Shown: positions 18,472-28,815 of the stretch, in pieces
How the letters are laid out: each line of letters opens with the position of its first letter
How positions within the stretch are numbered: the stretch's first letter is position 1
Origin: a virus
Lineage: Duplodnaviria; Caudoviricetes
Length of the DNA stretch: 64,000 bases
IMG/VR virus record: IMGVR_UViG_3300028888_000049
Direction: 5' to 3' (one strand)
Position numbers and translations under genes: made by a program
Notes under the pieces: model-generated
Database searches by the model: none
What the model was told of the DNA's origin: nothing
What the model saw: the letters and a program-made list of their open reading frames with translations, nothing else

Positions 18472-18930
18472 ATGGGTTATTTATTAAATGTCGACAATTT
18501 ACTTAATGGATATATTACAGATGAATTTAAAAGTAAAGTTTGTGATACTATTAGTTTTGCTATAGAACATTCTGCTAACCTTAATAAATCAAATGAAGAG
18601 ATAATTGGCGAAATACTTAATTATAATCTAGAATGTAAGTTACAAGAAGCTGCTAATGACTTATATCTAAAATTACCTGAGAAATATAGTTTAAAAAAGC
18701 ACAACTTTAACGAATGCGCTGATATTATTAGCGAATTTATAAGTCATTGTGCTATTTCTGAAACCTTTAAAAAAAGAAGTATTATATTTGAAATTGGTAA
18801 AAATAAAAGTAAATTTGATTTCATACAAACCATTCTTGAAATTATAGCAAAAGACGATGAAATGTTTAATTTCACATTAAAAACTAATAAAGAGCGCTCT
18901 GCAATTAAACTTACATTAACAGCTAAATAA
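18472..18930 (+). CDS. hypothetical protein
   Basis: 152 aa ORF, GGTGA RBS. Confidence 0.65.
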   Translation: MGYLLNVDNLLNGYITDEFKSKVCDTISFAIEHSANLNKSNEEIIGEILNYNLECKLQEAANDLYLKLPEKYSLKKHNFNECADIISEFISHCAISETFKKRSIIFEIGKNKSKFDFIQTILEIIAKDDEMFNFTLKTNKERSAIKLTLTAK

Positions 18931-19132
18931 AATAAGATGCTGGTAATGGAATAAATAATTGATCTAAACCTTCAGTATTACAAATTGTTCGAATTAAACC
19001 ACCTGGAATACGTGTATAAGTAACACTAAATCCATTCATGTTATATTTTCCATCAACAGATTCAAATAGTTTAAGCTTTTTAAGAACTTCTTCTTGTATT
19101 TCTGTATAAATTATATCCTTTTTCTTAAACAT
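18923..19132 (-). CDS. hypothetical protein
   Basis: 69 aa ORF. Confidence 0.6.
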   Translation of the reverse strand: MFKKKDIIYTEIQEEVLKKLKLFESVDGKYNMNGFSVTYTRIPGGLIRTICNTEGLDQLFIPLPASYFI

Positions 19133-19134
19133 AT

Positions 19135-19383
19135 CTAAAACCTTATTGTTTGTGAAATATAATCTATAATATTTGGCATTTCTGCTATATCACTATCTGT
19201 TAAGAGTAATGTCTTATTATTATAAGTAAGAACATTTTCGTTGATAACAAACTTATTATCAACAAAGTCTTTTAGTTCTTTTAATGACAGATACATCTGT
19301 TTCTTGTTTGCTGCAATTAGTTTAATACCTGTTTCATCAAGATTAATTACTCTCATTATATTAAATATCCTTTTATTAACCAA
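19135..19383 (-). CDS. hypothetical protein
   Basis: 82 aa; start may be the internal ATG; early promoter at 19419-24. Confidence 0.6.
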   Translation of the reverse strand: MVNKRIFNIMRVINLDETGIKLIAANKKQMYLSLKELKDFVDNKFVINENVLTYNNKTLLLTDSDIAEMPNIIDYISQTIRF

Positions 19384-19531
19384 ATATTACATTATTATAT
19401 ATAATAATAAACGTTATTTGTAAAGCAAAAAATATATTTTATTTTTAGTAGTAATGGAAAAATAGTTTAAAAGTTAGAAATTATATATAACTTCAAATAT
19501 ACATGATTAACGTACAACAAAGGATTTTTAT

Positions 19532-21751
19532 ATGCAGAAAAAGTTTACATTTGACCTATTATATGATATGAGCGTCGTCACAGAAGAACGTGAATGTACG
19601 AATTCTTGCTTTGAGTTTTCACTTCAATATAAAGAATATGAAAAATATCTTTTAATTAGATCTCTTTATAATTACATATATAAACCTTATGAAAGTGAAT
19701 ATCTTAATTCATATTTTTTTGAATGCTATATAAAATATTTAACATATTATCCTTTATCCTGTATTTTTAAGAATACTTATGTTAAGAGTATAGAAAATAA
19801 AATAAATAATTTACCAGAAATAAAAGAATTAATTAATTATAAATTAGAAAGAAATGCGCAAAGTTTAGAATTTGAGTATAAAGAGTTAAATCAAATAGAA
19901 TCTTTTCGTAAATTAATGAAGGATTTAAACAAAGATGTTAAAAATAGAATTAAAAACTTTCTAAAAAAAGAAGAGAAAAAATCTTTAGAAAAAACAGATA
20001 TAATAAATAATTATCACAAGTTTCTTAATACAATAGGTATTAAAACTAAAAAAGAATTAATTTTATCTGATGTATTTCTATTAAAACATACTTATTTATT
20101 TGAATCAGTATTTTCTAGATATAATTTTAATATTAGAGAAAACAAAATAAAAACACTTAATCATTGTTGTGGTTTCGATTGCTCAAAAGTAATCGATAGT
20201 AATTCATCATTTAAAGATTGTTTATTTTCTAAAGATAGATATGATGTTTTAGCTTTTCCATGGATTATACAAAAAACAATAATGGATTATACTGGTAATT
20301 TTGTAAAAGGTTTAACTCAAAGACTACCAACTACAGAATTAACAGAAAAAGACTTTAATCACATATCGCAATTAAGCTACCTTAAATCGCTCCTGGGTGA
20401 TGCTATTGCAAAAAAGAGTAAAGGTGTTAACATTTTATTATATGGCGCGCCAGGGACTGGAAAAACGGCCTTAGCGACTGTTTTAATAAATAGCTTAACA
20501 AATGAGGGTTATTCTGTACCAACAACAGATAAATATACGAGGAATATAAATATCTTTGAAAGTGATTCCTCTCTGGATAAAAACTTTAGACATCAATACT
20601 ATTCTATTCTTCAAAAAGTATTAGAAAAAACAAACAAAAGTGTATTATTATTTGATGAAGCAGAAGATATGTTTAGAGAAACTTTCACTAAAGAATGTTT
20701 TTCAAAATCTGTTATTAATGATATACTTGAAAATAATCCCGTTCCGACTATTTGGACAAGTAATGATCTTTACTGTATGCAATCTTCTTATTTTAGACGT
20801 TTTACTTATATCTTAAATATAGAAGAATTACCACAATCCGTATATAAAAATATTGTAAATAATCTTGCAAGCAAAAATGAAATAAAATTAGATGCTAATA
20901 TCGAAAATATGTTATCTCAATATAAACCTAGTATCGCAATTATAGAAAAAGCTATACAAACATTTAAAAGTACTGGTTTAACGGATCAAAAATACCTTGA
21001 AGAAAATATAAAAGATATATTACAGGGACAAAATTTTGGATATAAACTTCCAAAAGTAAAAAAGAATAACTTTATCTTTAATCCTGAATTAATCAATGCT
21101 TCAGTAGACTTAAACGATCTTACACAACGTATTAAAGCTTCTGGTAGATTAGACTTTAGTTTATTACTTTATGGTGTACCAGGAAGCTCTAAAACAAGTT
21201 ATGCTCGCTATCTGGCAGAAGAATTAGGTATGAAAACTCTTTGCAAAACATATCAAGATTTAGCATCCATGTGGGTTGGCGAAACAGAACATAACATTCA
21301 AGCATTATTCGATGAAGCAGAAAGGAATAAAGCCTTTATTATATTAGATGAAGCTGATGTATTATTACGTGATCGTTCTTCTGCATCAAGAAGTTGGGAA
21401 TTAAGTCAAGTCGAAGCAATGCTTACTTGTATGGAAGATCATCCTTATCCATTTGTTATGACAACTAATCTATTTGAATCTTTAGATCAAGCTGTTATGA
21501 GACGATTCTTGTATAAAGTACAACATAATTATTTATCACCAGTTCAAGTTAATAAAGCATTTAAATACTTTTTTAATATTGATATAACTGAAAATTTAGG
21601 TTTAAGTAAGATAACATCTGGCGATTTTGCAGTAATTAAAAAACAAGCAGAATTTCAATGCAAAATGAATGATAAAGATTGGTTAATTGAACAACTTAAA
21701 TTAGAACAAAATAACAAAAAAGATTTATCTACTGGTAAGATAATACTCTAA
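19532..21751 (+). CDS. tandem AAA+ ATPase
   Basis: GAPGTGKT/LLFDEAED/RRF and GVPGSSKT/IILDEAD/TTN/RRF. Confidence 0.9.
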   Translation: MQKKFTFDLLYDMSVVTEERECTNSCFEFSLQYKEYEKYLLIRSLYNYIYKPYESEYLNSYFFECYIKYLTYYPLSCIFKNTYVKSIENKINNLPEIKELINYKLERNAQSLEFEYKELNQIESFRKLMKDLNKDVKNRIKNFLKKEEKKSLEKTDIINNYHKFLNTIGIKTKKELILSDVFLLKHTYLFESVFSRYNFNIRENKIKTLNHCCGFDCSKVIDSNSSFKDCLFSKDRYDVLAFPWIIQKTIMDYTGNFVKGLTQRLPTTELTEKDFNHISQLSYLKSLLGDAIAKKSKGVNILLYGAPGTGKTALATVLINSLTNEGYSVPTTDKYTRNINIFESDSSLDKNFRHQYYSILQKVLEKTNKSVLLFDEAEDMFRETFTKECFSKSVINDILENNPVPTIWTSNDLYCMQSSYFRRFTYILNIEELPQSVYKNIVNNLASKNEIKLDANIENMLSQYKPSIAIIEKAIQTFKSTGLTDQKYLEENIKDILQGQNFGYKLPKVKKNNFIFNPELINASVDLNDLTQRIKASGRLDFSLLLYGVPGSSKTSYARYLAEELGMKTLCKTYQDLASMWVGETEHNIQALFDEAERNKAFIILDEADVLLRDRSSASRSWELSQVEAMLTCMEDHPYPFVMTTNLFESLDQAVMRRFLYKVQHNYLSPVQVNKAFKYFFNIDITENLGLSKITSGDFAVIKKQAEFQCKMNDKDWLIEQLKLEQNNKKDLSTGKIIL

Positions 21752-21757
21752 AAAATG

Positions 21758-21796
21758 AAAATGGTCTTAGACTTAAATATCTAGGACCATTCTTTT
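21758..21796. terminator. terminator between convergent genes
   Basis: ATGGTCTTAGA/TCTAGGACCAT stem with A and T flanks. Confidence 0.7.
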
Positions 21797-21813
21797 AACT
21801 TTAATAGTTATTA

Positions 21814-24800
21814 CTAGAATGAAAACTTAGTAACACATTTTACTAATTTAATATCTTCATTCAAGTTTTCTTCTAACGCAATAGCTATTACATTATCATT
21901 AAATGCATTTTTAACAGTACCAACACCTGCTATATCAGATAATTTAATTTTATCAAATTTACGAACCGCTCCTTTGACTTTTACGTTAACTTTACCAGCA
22001 AGAGCTATTGGTAAACCATGTGCTTCACTATTCAAGATAATAGCAGGTTTACTAGAAATAACAGCATTTACTTCAGCTGTAGCTTTTGTAATTTCTTTAC
22101 TACCACCGAAACAAACTAATGTACCTTCTTCATAATCTTCGTCAGCTTCATATAACTCAGCCAAGTCAGCAGTTCCAACTTCAATACCGTCAACAAACGT
22201 TTTAATACCGTTAATGGTTTCATCACCTGTAGTATGTACTAAGTTTGCACCACCACCGCCAGTGCCTCCAGTAATATCATCAAGCTGTCCTTGAATATCT
22301 GATGTTACATTAGAAAGATATCCTAATTGTGTACTTGTCACACCTGAAACAGCAACTTTACCAGAACCATTACTAATTAATGCTCTATTAGCAGTTAAGT
22401 TATTTGTAGTAATAGTAGTCGCAGCACCAGTAATATTGTTTTGTTTATTATTTGTTAATGATGTAATATTACTTTTATTTGTGTTAATTTGACTAACTAA
22501 TGTAGATGTAATACCAGAATTTAAAGCGGCTAATTGTGCAGCAGTCATAGGAGTTTCATTAACTTGATATTCAGGAATCCATCCAGCTTTACCGTCAGTT
22601 CCCCAAACACCTGTATACTTAAATCTCCATGTACCATCTAGTGTATCGCCAGTATAACCAGAAGCATCTTGTACAACCAAATAGTCATTAACTGTAGGTG
22701 TCCTACTTCCAGCATAATCTACAGGATAACTAGAAGCTGCAGTAGGAACAGAAGACCAATCTGCCCAATTTCCTCTAAAGTTAGCTGTATTTGTTTGAAT
22801 TGTAGAATTAACAAATGCTTTATCAGCTAATTGATTAGATGCGCTTGCTTGAGTAGGAATCTTACTATTAATTGTCGTAATATTACTTGTATTTGTGTCT
22901 GTATGTGCATCTACCTCATTAATAGCAGCGACTAAATTACCTTTAGCATCAGTTGTTAACGATGTAAGTGTACCAATATGATTTGTATTTGTATCAGTAT
23001 GACTATCTACTTCATTAATAGCACTCTGTAAAGATGTCTTACTATCAGTTGTTAAATTACTTAATGTACCAATTTGAGTTTGAATAGAACTTGTAACACC
23101 ATGTACATATCCTAACTCTGTAGATGTCGTATCACTAACAGCAATCTTTCCTGAATTATTACTGATAACAGCTCTATTTGTTGTTAAATTAGAAGTTTTA
23201 ATCGTTGATACTGCACCAGCAAGATTAGCTTGTACATACTTAGTAGTAGCTACCTTATAACTATTATCATTTGTAGCTAAATCACATTTATCAAATACAG
23301 CATAAGGATTATTGTTATTATAAACTAAATGTAAACCAGATCTTGTACCTGCCGGAATAGCTTGAGCAACACCTTCTTCATCTTCTGTATAAAATGATGT
23401 CGTATTATCTGCATATACATACAAAACTAATTCATTATTATTAGTAGCTATAGTACTCTCAACACTAGAAATAGGTGTATAACTAATTCTACTATTTAAA
23501 TCACTAGGATCAGATATAGTCGTTTTAGCTTTCATTAACATAGCAGAAGGTGTGATATCTGCGGTACTATATCTTACTGTTAAACCAGAACCAGTAGCTC
23601 CAGTAGTAACATTAGAAGTTCCAGCAGTAGTACCAGAAGGAGCATAGTTTGCAGAAACGATATTTGAAGTAACTACTAATGATGTAACAGCACCAGTCTC
23701 TTCATTAACACCTTGTACCATACACGTTACTTCACCACCAGTATTGGCAACTAAAACTGTATCACCAATTGCATACATACTTCCTGCATTACCAATACCA
23801 TTACCTGTTAATACTACTTTATAAGTCTTATCTGCATCAGACATAATAGGACGACTAAATGTCTTAACACCAACAACAGTCTCAGCATTCGTCTTATGTA
23901 AAAACGTATTATTAACATCATACGTCTTCTGCTTAGTATTAATATCTGTCTCTACATTATTAGCAACATCATTTAAAATCTCCCAAACTTGTCTTACTGT
24001 CGCTAATTGATACCGTTGTGTAGGTAATATATCTGTAGCAAATGGAGACGTAATAACTTCACTATTTCTAATACGCCACGGTAAATACTCACCACCATTA
24101 TATAACTCTACATAATCTGCACTACTAGGAATTACACCCTTCAAATTAATCAAATTATTATATAATCTACCATCAACTTCATCTTCTATTCGTGTCTCTA
24201 CATAATTACGTACAGCATTAGCAGTAGGATACTTACTAGCATCTATCGTTGTATCAGTTCCTGGTATAGTAGTAATCTTATTAGTAGTCTCTTCTAACCT
24301 ATATCCAGCATTAACAATTCTTCCATAAATAGCATTACCATCAACATTACTCATATTCTTCAAGGCTAACGCTGCATCACCCTTAGAAGCAGAACTTAAT
24401 TGAGCTACATCTAAATTACTCGTATCAGCATATGCTAAATTCTTTCCTGCATGTCCTGTCGAAGTCGCTAAATTTACAGTACTAACATTACTCATATCAG
24501 CATACGCTAAATTCTTACCACCATGACCTGTAGACGTAGCTAAATTAACTGTATTAACATTACTCATGTTAACTAATGCTCTACGATTAACCTCACTATC
24601 AACATAACTAGTCTTAGCTAAACCATATGTATTAAAAACCTTAACAATATTACTAGCTATCGCTGACGTACTCTCTAACTCTTCCAAATTACTAAGATCT
24701 GCATACGCCAAATTCTTATCACCAAGGAAACCACGATGCTCAGCCAAAGCCTCAGTAGAAACATTCAGAAAATCTGCACGTGCCATTGGTATGCCTCCAC

Positions 24801-24975
24801 GATTGATTGAATTGTGGAGGCGTATCGTGGCATTGCTATCGGTACCATACTGAATACCGTTATACTTATAACCTAAGTCTACAACAATTTCGCCTTGAAC
24901 ACCTAAAAAGTTAAGATTTGCTTGAGTATCGCCTTTCCTAAAGGACACAGCTCGAGTTTCTATAATGGAAGCCAT
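21814..24975 (-). CDS. tail fibre protein
   Basis: Mtd-like N-terminus (FRKG..GEIVVD..IRLH..GG), NLAYAD repeats, duplicated segments, C-terminal DLAELYEAD...PIALAGKV chaperone-like domain. Confidence 0.8.
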   Translation of the reverse strand: MASIIETRAVSFRKGDTQANLNFLGVQGEIVVDLGYKYNGIQYGTDSNATIRLHNSINRGGIPMARADFLNVSTEALAEHRGFLGDKNLAYADLSNLEELESTSAIASNIVKVFNTYGLAKTSYVDSEVNRRALVNMSNVNTVNLATSTGHGGKNLAYADMSNVSTVNLATSTGHAGKNLAYADTSNLDVAQLSSASKGDAALALKNMSNVDGNAIYGRIVNAGYRLEETTNKITTIPGTDTTIDASKYPTANAVRNYVETRIEDEVDGRLYNNLINLKGVIPSSADYVELYNGGEYLPWRIRNSEVITSPFATDILPTQRYQLATVRQVWEILNDVANNVETDINTKQKTYDVNNTFLHKTNAETVVGVKTFSRPIMSDADKTYKVVLTGNGIGNAGSMYAIGDTVLVANTGGEVTCMVQGVNEETGAVTSLVVTSNIVSANYAPSGTTAGTSNVTTGATGSGLTVRYSTADITPSAMLMKAKTTISDPSDLNSRISYTPISSVESTIATNNNELVLYVYADNTTSFYTEDEEGVAQAIPAGTRSGLHLVYNNNNPYAVFDKCDLATNDNSYKVATTKYVQANLAGAVSTIKTSNLTTNRAVISNNSGKIAVSDTTSTELGYVHGVTSSIQTQIGTLSNLTTDSKTSLQSAINEVDSHTDTNTNHIGTLTSLTTDAKGNLVAAINEVDAHTDTNTSNITTINSKIPTQASASNQLADKAFVNSTIQTNTANFRGNWADWSSVPTAASSYPVDYAGSRTPTVNDYLVVQDASGYTGDTLDGTWRFKYTGVWGTDGKAGWIPEYQVNETPMTAAQLAALNSGITSTLVSQINTNKSNITSLTNNKQNNITGAATTITTNNLTANRALISNGSGKVAVSGVTSTQLGYLSNVTSDIQGQLDDITGGTGGGGANLVHTTGDETINGIKTFVDGIEVGTADLAELYEADEDYEEGTLVCFGGSKEITKATAEVNAVISSKPAIILNSEAHGLPIALAGKVNVKVKGAVRKFDKIKLSDIAGVGTVKNAFNDNVIAIALEENLNEDIKLVKCVTKFSF

Positions 24976-25064
24976 TTTAAAATTTATCCTTGATTAAAAA
25001 CTACATGTTATTTATTAGAACTCTTGAATTTCGTAGATAAACTCACTTTCCTTCATATTTATTG

Positions 25065-25124
25065 AATAAAATGACTTCCGTAATAGAAAGCTTGAGCTCA
25101 ATTTCTATTAGGAAAGTCTTTATT
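25065..25124. other. long imperfect intergenic hairpin
   Basis: GACTTCC-G-TAATAGAAA / TTTCTATTA-GGAAAGTC, flanked by AATAAA/TTTATT. Confidence 0.55.
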
Positions 25125-25129
25125 TTCGT

Positions 25130-26389
25130 TCATCGTCTCTTTTTGTGTTTGAATTCTAATCTGCCTGGTTTATAGGTGTCATCTGGTTTTTCAAATCTAA
25201 AGACAGATTTTTCGCCGTTATTCCACCATTTTTTGCCTTTATTTTGATAACTTGTGATTTGTACAAAGCCTTCTGGAATTGGATCGTCTTTTTTGAGAAT
25301 TATGTTTTCTTTACCGTTTGTATAGATCGTTTTTCCGTACATTGGATTATTTTCGCCTTTAATCTTTTCAGAGGCAAATTTCTTCATTTCTTCTGTTTGT
25401 GCGTAGTTTTTAACACCATAATGTTCTAGATTATATTGTTCAATTTTCTGTAATTTTTGTTGTTTTTTATCTTCTGACAAAGGAAGAGCACCTTTTATCC
25501 AGCCTTCTGGTATAATGTCAGATTCACTAAAATAGCATTGAGTTATACCGTTATTGTATACTTTAGTATTTTTGTTTTTTGGAGATTTATGACGATTATC
25601 ATCTGATTTTACAGGTAATTGCCCTTTTATCCAATCATCACCAGGACATTCTTTTTGAAGTTTTTGTTCAATTCCATTATTCCACCAGTATTTACCATAA
25701 GCAGGATTATTTTCGCCTTTAAGTTCTTGTATAGTCATACCTTGTTTAAAGCCTTCTGGTATTTGATCATCCTTTTTTATTATAATGTTTGTAATTCCAT
25801 CAGTATACCAGTTTGTATTATACATTGGGTTATTTTCACCTTTTAATTTATCTCTAAATTCTTCAGATACAGGTAATTTTCCTAAATGCCATCCATCTCC
25901 GGGACATTCTGAACTTATACATTGTTCTATTCCATCAGTCCACCAATTACCACGACTTTTACAAGTACATCCTCTGTAATATCCTTCTGGTATTGTATCT
26001 TCTTCTTTTAAAAATAAATTATCTATCCCATTTGTATACCAATGTCTTCCTTCAGCAGGTTTTATTCCGTTATTATATTGAGAGAAATCTTGACTACCTC
26101 CTTGTGCTATATTATATCCTTTATCTTTTTCATTAGAGTGATACACTTCTGTTATAAAATACTTTTCTTGTTTTTCTATCTCATCTTTGAATTTTGTTTG
26201 TAATATAACAATATGCTGAATATTGTTCCAACCATATTTTTGTATTGCACTCCATAAATACGGCTGTGCTTTATAATTTACACCAGTATATCCCCAACGA
26301 ACTTTTGGCTTTTGTGATGTTATTCCTACATATACCTTATTATTCGGAAAGATATGTACGTATAAGCTGTAGATCTTCTCTTTTTTCAT
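25130..26389 (-). CDS. GIY-YIG homing endonuclease with seven WWNNG-type repeats
   Basis: SLYVH...VYVGIT...RW...E...GYN catalytic domain. Confidence 0.88.
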   Translation of the reverse strand: MKKEKIYSLYVHIFPNNKVYVGITSQKPKVRWGYTGVNYKAQPYLWSAIQKYGWNNIQHIVILQTKFKDEIEKQEKYFITEVYHSNEKDKGYNIAQGGSQDFSQYNNGIKPAEGRHWYTNGIDNLFLKEEDTIPEGYYRGCTCKSRGNWWTDGIEQCISSECPGDGWHLGKLPVSEEFRDKLKGENNPMYNTNWYTDGITNIIIKKDDQIPEGFKQGMTIQELKGENNPAYGKYWWNNGIEQKLQKECPGDDWIKGQLPVKSDDNRHKSPKNKNTKVYNNGITQCYFSESDIIPEGWIKGALPLSEDKKQQKLQKIEQYNLEHYGVKNYAQTEEMKKFASEKIKGENNPMYGKTIYTNGKENIILKKDDPIPEGFVQITSYQNKGKKWWNNGEKSVFRFEKPDDTYKPGRLEFKHKKRR

Positions 26390-26476
26390 ATAATCAATTT
26401 CCTTCTATTAATTCTTATGTTATATAGAAGTATTTAAAGTTTTCTAATTTGTAAACTTTTTTAGTTTATAGTTCTG

Positions 26477-28801
26477 TTAGAAGTCTATTCTTATTACGCA
26501 TTCCACTGGTTTGTTAGTAGCTATTTCGTGAGCTATAATTTTGCCGAGTGGTTTTCCGTTAGGTACTGTAGAGGCACGTCCTGGTTTGATTTTGGAGAGG
26601 TAGATTTTGTCACCGAATTTAGGTAAGCAGTTTCCGTCCATTAATACAGGTACACGTCCACAGAGAGCTACAGGTAGGTGTAATTGTGATTTCTTTTCAC
26701 CTAGAATATATCCTGGGTTTGTAGAAATAACACCATTACATTCTGTTACAGCTTCTGATATTTCTTTTAGACCTTTACCAAATGTAATTAATGTACCAGG
26801 AAGGTATAGTTTATCACTTTCGTATTCTTCTGCAATATCTCCGTAGTATGAGCGGTATGCTAAACCGTAAAAGCTGATATTTGAATCTGTTACGTGTGGA
26901 GATGTAGAAGATGTACCTTTACCTAAGACTATGTTATTAAATCTTACAAATGTATCGACGTTAATTGGATTTGATAGATCATGTCCAGGTTGTGCACTGT
27001 TACCGGGTCTTGTTGTTTGTAAATAGTTATTACGTAATTCTTTAGGAGTTACAGCTGTTTGTTCTTGAGCATCTGGGTTATTATAAACTTCTTTTACTTC
27101 ATCATTAGTAGCGTATCTTGTTGTACCATAAACTGTATAAGAAGCTTCATTACGTAGATCAAGTGCTAATCTAATTGAGTTAGAAGAAGTACACCATCCT
27201 AAAAATGAATCTGTTTGTGTAAGAGTTGGTCTTCCAGCATTTGTTTCAGAATCGCAGTAGAGTGGTTGATTTAACCAAGATGAAGGAAATGCCCATAATG
27301 CATTAGGTGTAGCAGTACTAGTAACTACAAATTTAGCAGATTGTCCAGAATGTGGTAATTGTGATCTGTAATCGTATTCTGCATTATATACTTTTTTACC
27401 GTTAGGAATAGTAATGTTACCTACTGTTGGTCCTTTAAGAGCAAATGTTTCAATAGCTCCTGATCCGTTAATAGAAGTTACTGTAAGTTTAAAGATAAGA
27501 CCGTGTTCAGCTGGTATTACTAATTCTTCACCTGCTGCATATCCAGTACCTGTAGGTGTATTATTTTCTAGTGTAACAGTATATTGATATGCCGTTGAAT
27601 TGTTTGTAATTTCACCAGAATATACGATACTATTACCTACTCTAATACCAATTGGCATTTTAGTATTAGGTGTTAAATCAGTACGAATATCACCATCTTC
27701 GTTTAATACACTTTTACCTTCAGCTCTTTCGTATTTACCTGTAGTAGCATTCCAATATACAAACATGTAGTTTGTAACATCAGAAGCAAAGTTATCAGCC
27801 TCTACATTTAAAAAGTTATCTGTAGGTTGAATAAATGACCATTCTGTATCTTCATACCATTCTGTATTTGTTTTTCTAGGTAATGCTAATGCTGGAATAC
27901 CTGTACCATATAGATTATCAATTACATAACAGTTATGAGGTCTTTTAGCAGCATTTTGAGGATATACGATCATAGATTCATTTGGTACTTCTGGAAGACT
28001 ATGCGCATCTTCCTCTTCGATAATTAAGTTTTCTACAAATGCTAAATTACCTAATAATGTATTGAAATATAATTTAAGAGCATTACCAATTCTTGATACT
28101 GAAGTTGCATACTTAGTTACTTCTTTTGGTAAAGATGCTACAGCAAATAATACATCAGTATAGCCATCATCTGGATTTTTAATATAAAGACCAATAGTAC
28201 CAAATGACCATTCTTCAGCACCATTATCTGCAAATGCACCAAATCCATCAGGTGGTAAGAGTAATTGATATTGTAATGCACCTGTTGCACTATTAATTTT
28301 CCAAGATAGAATATATTTTAAATATGGATCACCGTAATCTGTATATCCATAGGGATTATTAGCAGTAACATATAAGTTTGGAGAACCGACAGTACCAACA
28401 CTAAATACTACTTCACCAGCTTGTAAGAAATCTGTATCTGTCCAATTAACAAATGGAGTAGCTGGAGAAAGTACAGTATTTTTAAGCATTTTAATACCAC
28501 TGAATGTAAGACTTAATCCACCTCTTTGTACACTTGCTAATTTTTTAAGACCTTCAGTAGTAACAACAAGATTATAAGAATTATCTGGTAATTGAACAAC
28601 CCAGTTAATACCATTAAACTGTTCTAATTCCCAACCATTAGAATCATCACCGATAGCACAATATATACTAGCAATCAATTCTGAAGGATTGTCTATAAAA
28701 TACTGATCTCTACTAATAGGATCACCAGAACCAGTACGTCTAGAAAACCAATAATTATTATTAATAGAATATGATATTAATTGTTCTCTTGTTACTAACA
28801 T
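26477..28801 (-). CDS. baseplate/tail fibre protein
   Basis: VTTEGL...IGLY...LFAVA fibre-attachment-like N-terminus; C-terminal DIAEEYE...PVALCGRVPV domain as in 21814..24975. Confidence 0.7.
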   Translation of the reverse strand: MLVTREQLISYSINNNYWFSRRTGSGDPISRDQYFIDNPSELIASIYCAIGDDSNGWELEQFNGINWVVQLPDNSYNLVVTTEGLKKLASVQRGGLSLTFSGIKMLKNTVLSPATPFVNWTDTDFLQAGEVVFSVGTVGSPNLYVTANNPYGYTDYGDPYLKYILSWKINSATGALQYQLLLPPDGFGAFADNGAEEWSFGTIGLYIKNPDDGYTDVLFAVASLPKEVTKYATSVSRIGNALKLYFNTLLGNLAFVENLIIEEEDAHSLPEVPNESMIVYPQNAAKRPHNCYVIDNLYGTGIPALALPRKTNTEWYEDTEWSFIQPTDNFLNVEADNFASDVTNYMFVYWNATTGKYERAEGKSVLNEDGDIRTDLTPNTKMPIGIRVGNSIVYSGEITNNSTAYQYTVTLENNTPTGTGYAAGEELVIPAEHGLIFKLTVTSINGSGAIETFALKGPTVGNITIPNGKKVYNAEYDYRSQLPHSGQSAKFVVTSTATPNALWAFPSSWLNQPLYCDSETNAGRPTLTQTDSFLGWCTSSNSIRLALDLRNEASYTVYGTTRYATNDEVKEVYNNPDAQEQTAVTPKELRNNYLQTTRPGNSAQPGHDLSNPINVDTFVRFNNIVLGKGTSSTSPHVTDSNISFYGLAYRSYYGDIAEEYESDKLYLPGTLITFGKGLKEISEAVTECNGVISTNPGYILGEKKSQLHLPVALCGRVPVLMDGNCLPKFGDKIYLSKIKPGRASTVPNGKPLGKIIAHEIATNKPVECVIRIDF

Positions 28802-28815
28802 ATTTTATAAACCTT

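Noticed and set aside
21814-28801. Diversity-generating retroelement acting on the Mtd-like fibre
   Set aside because: No reverse transcriptase and no TR/VR pair with adenine-specific mismatches in the window; the two fibre C-termini are only distant paralogs.
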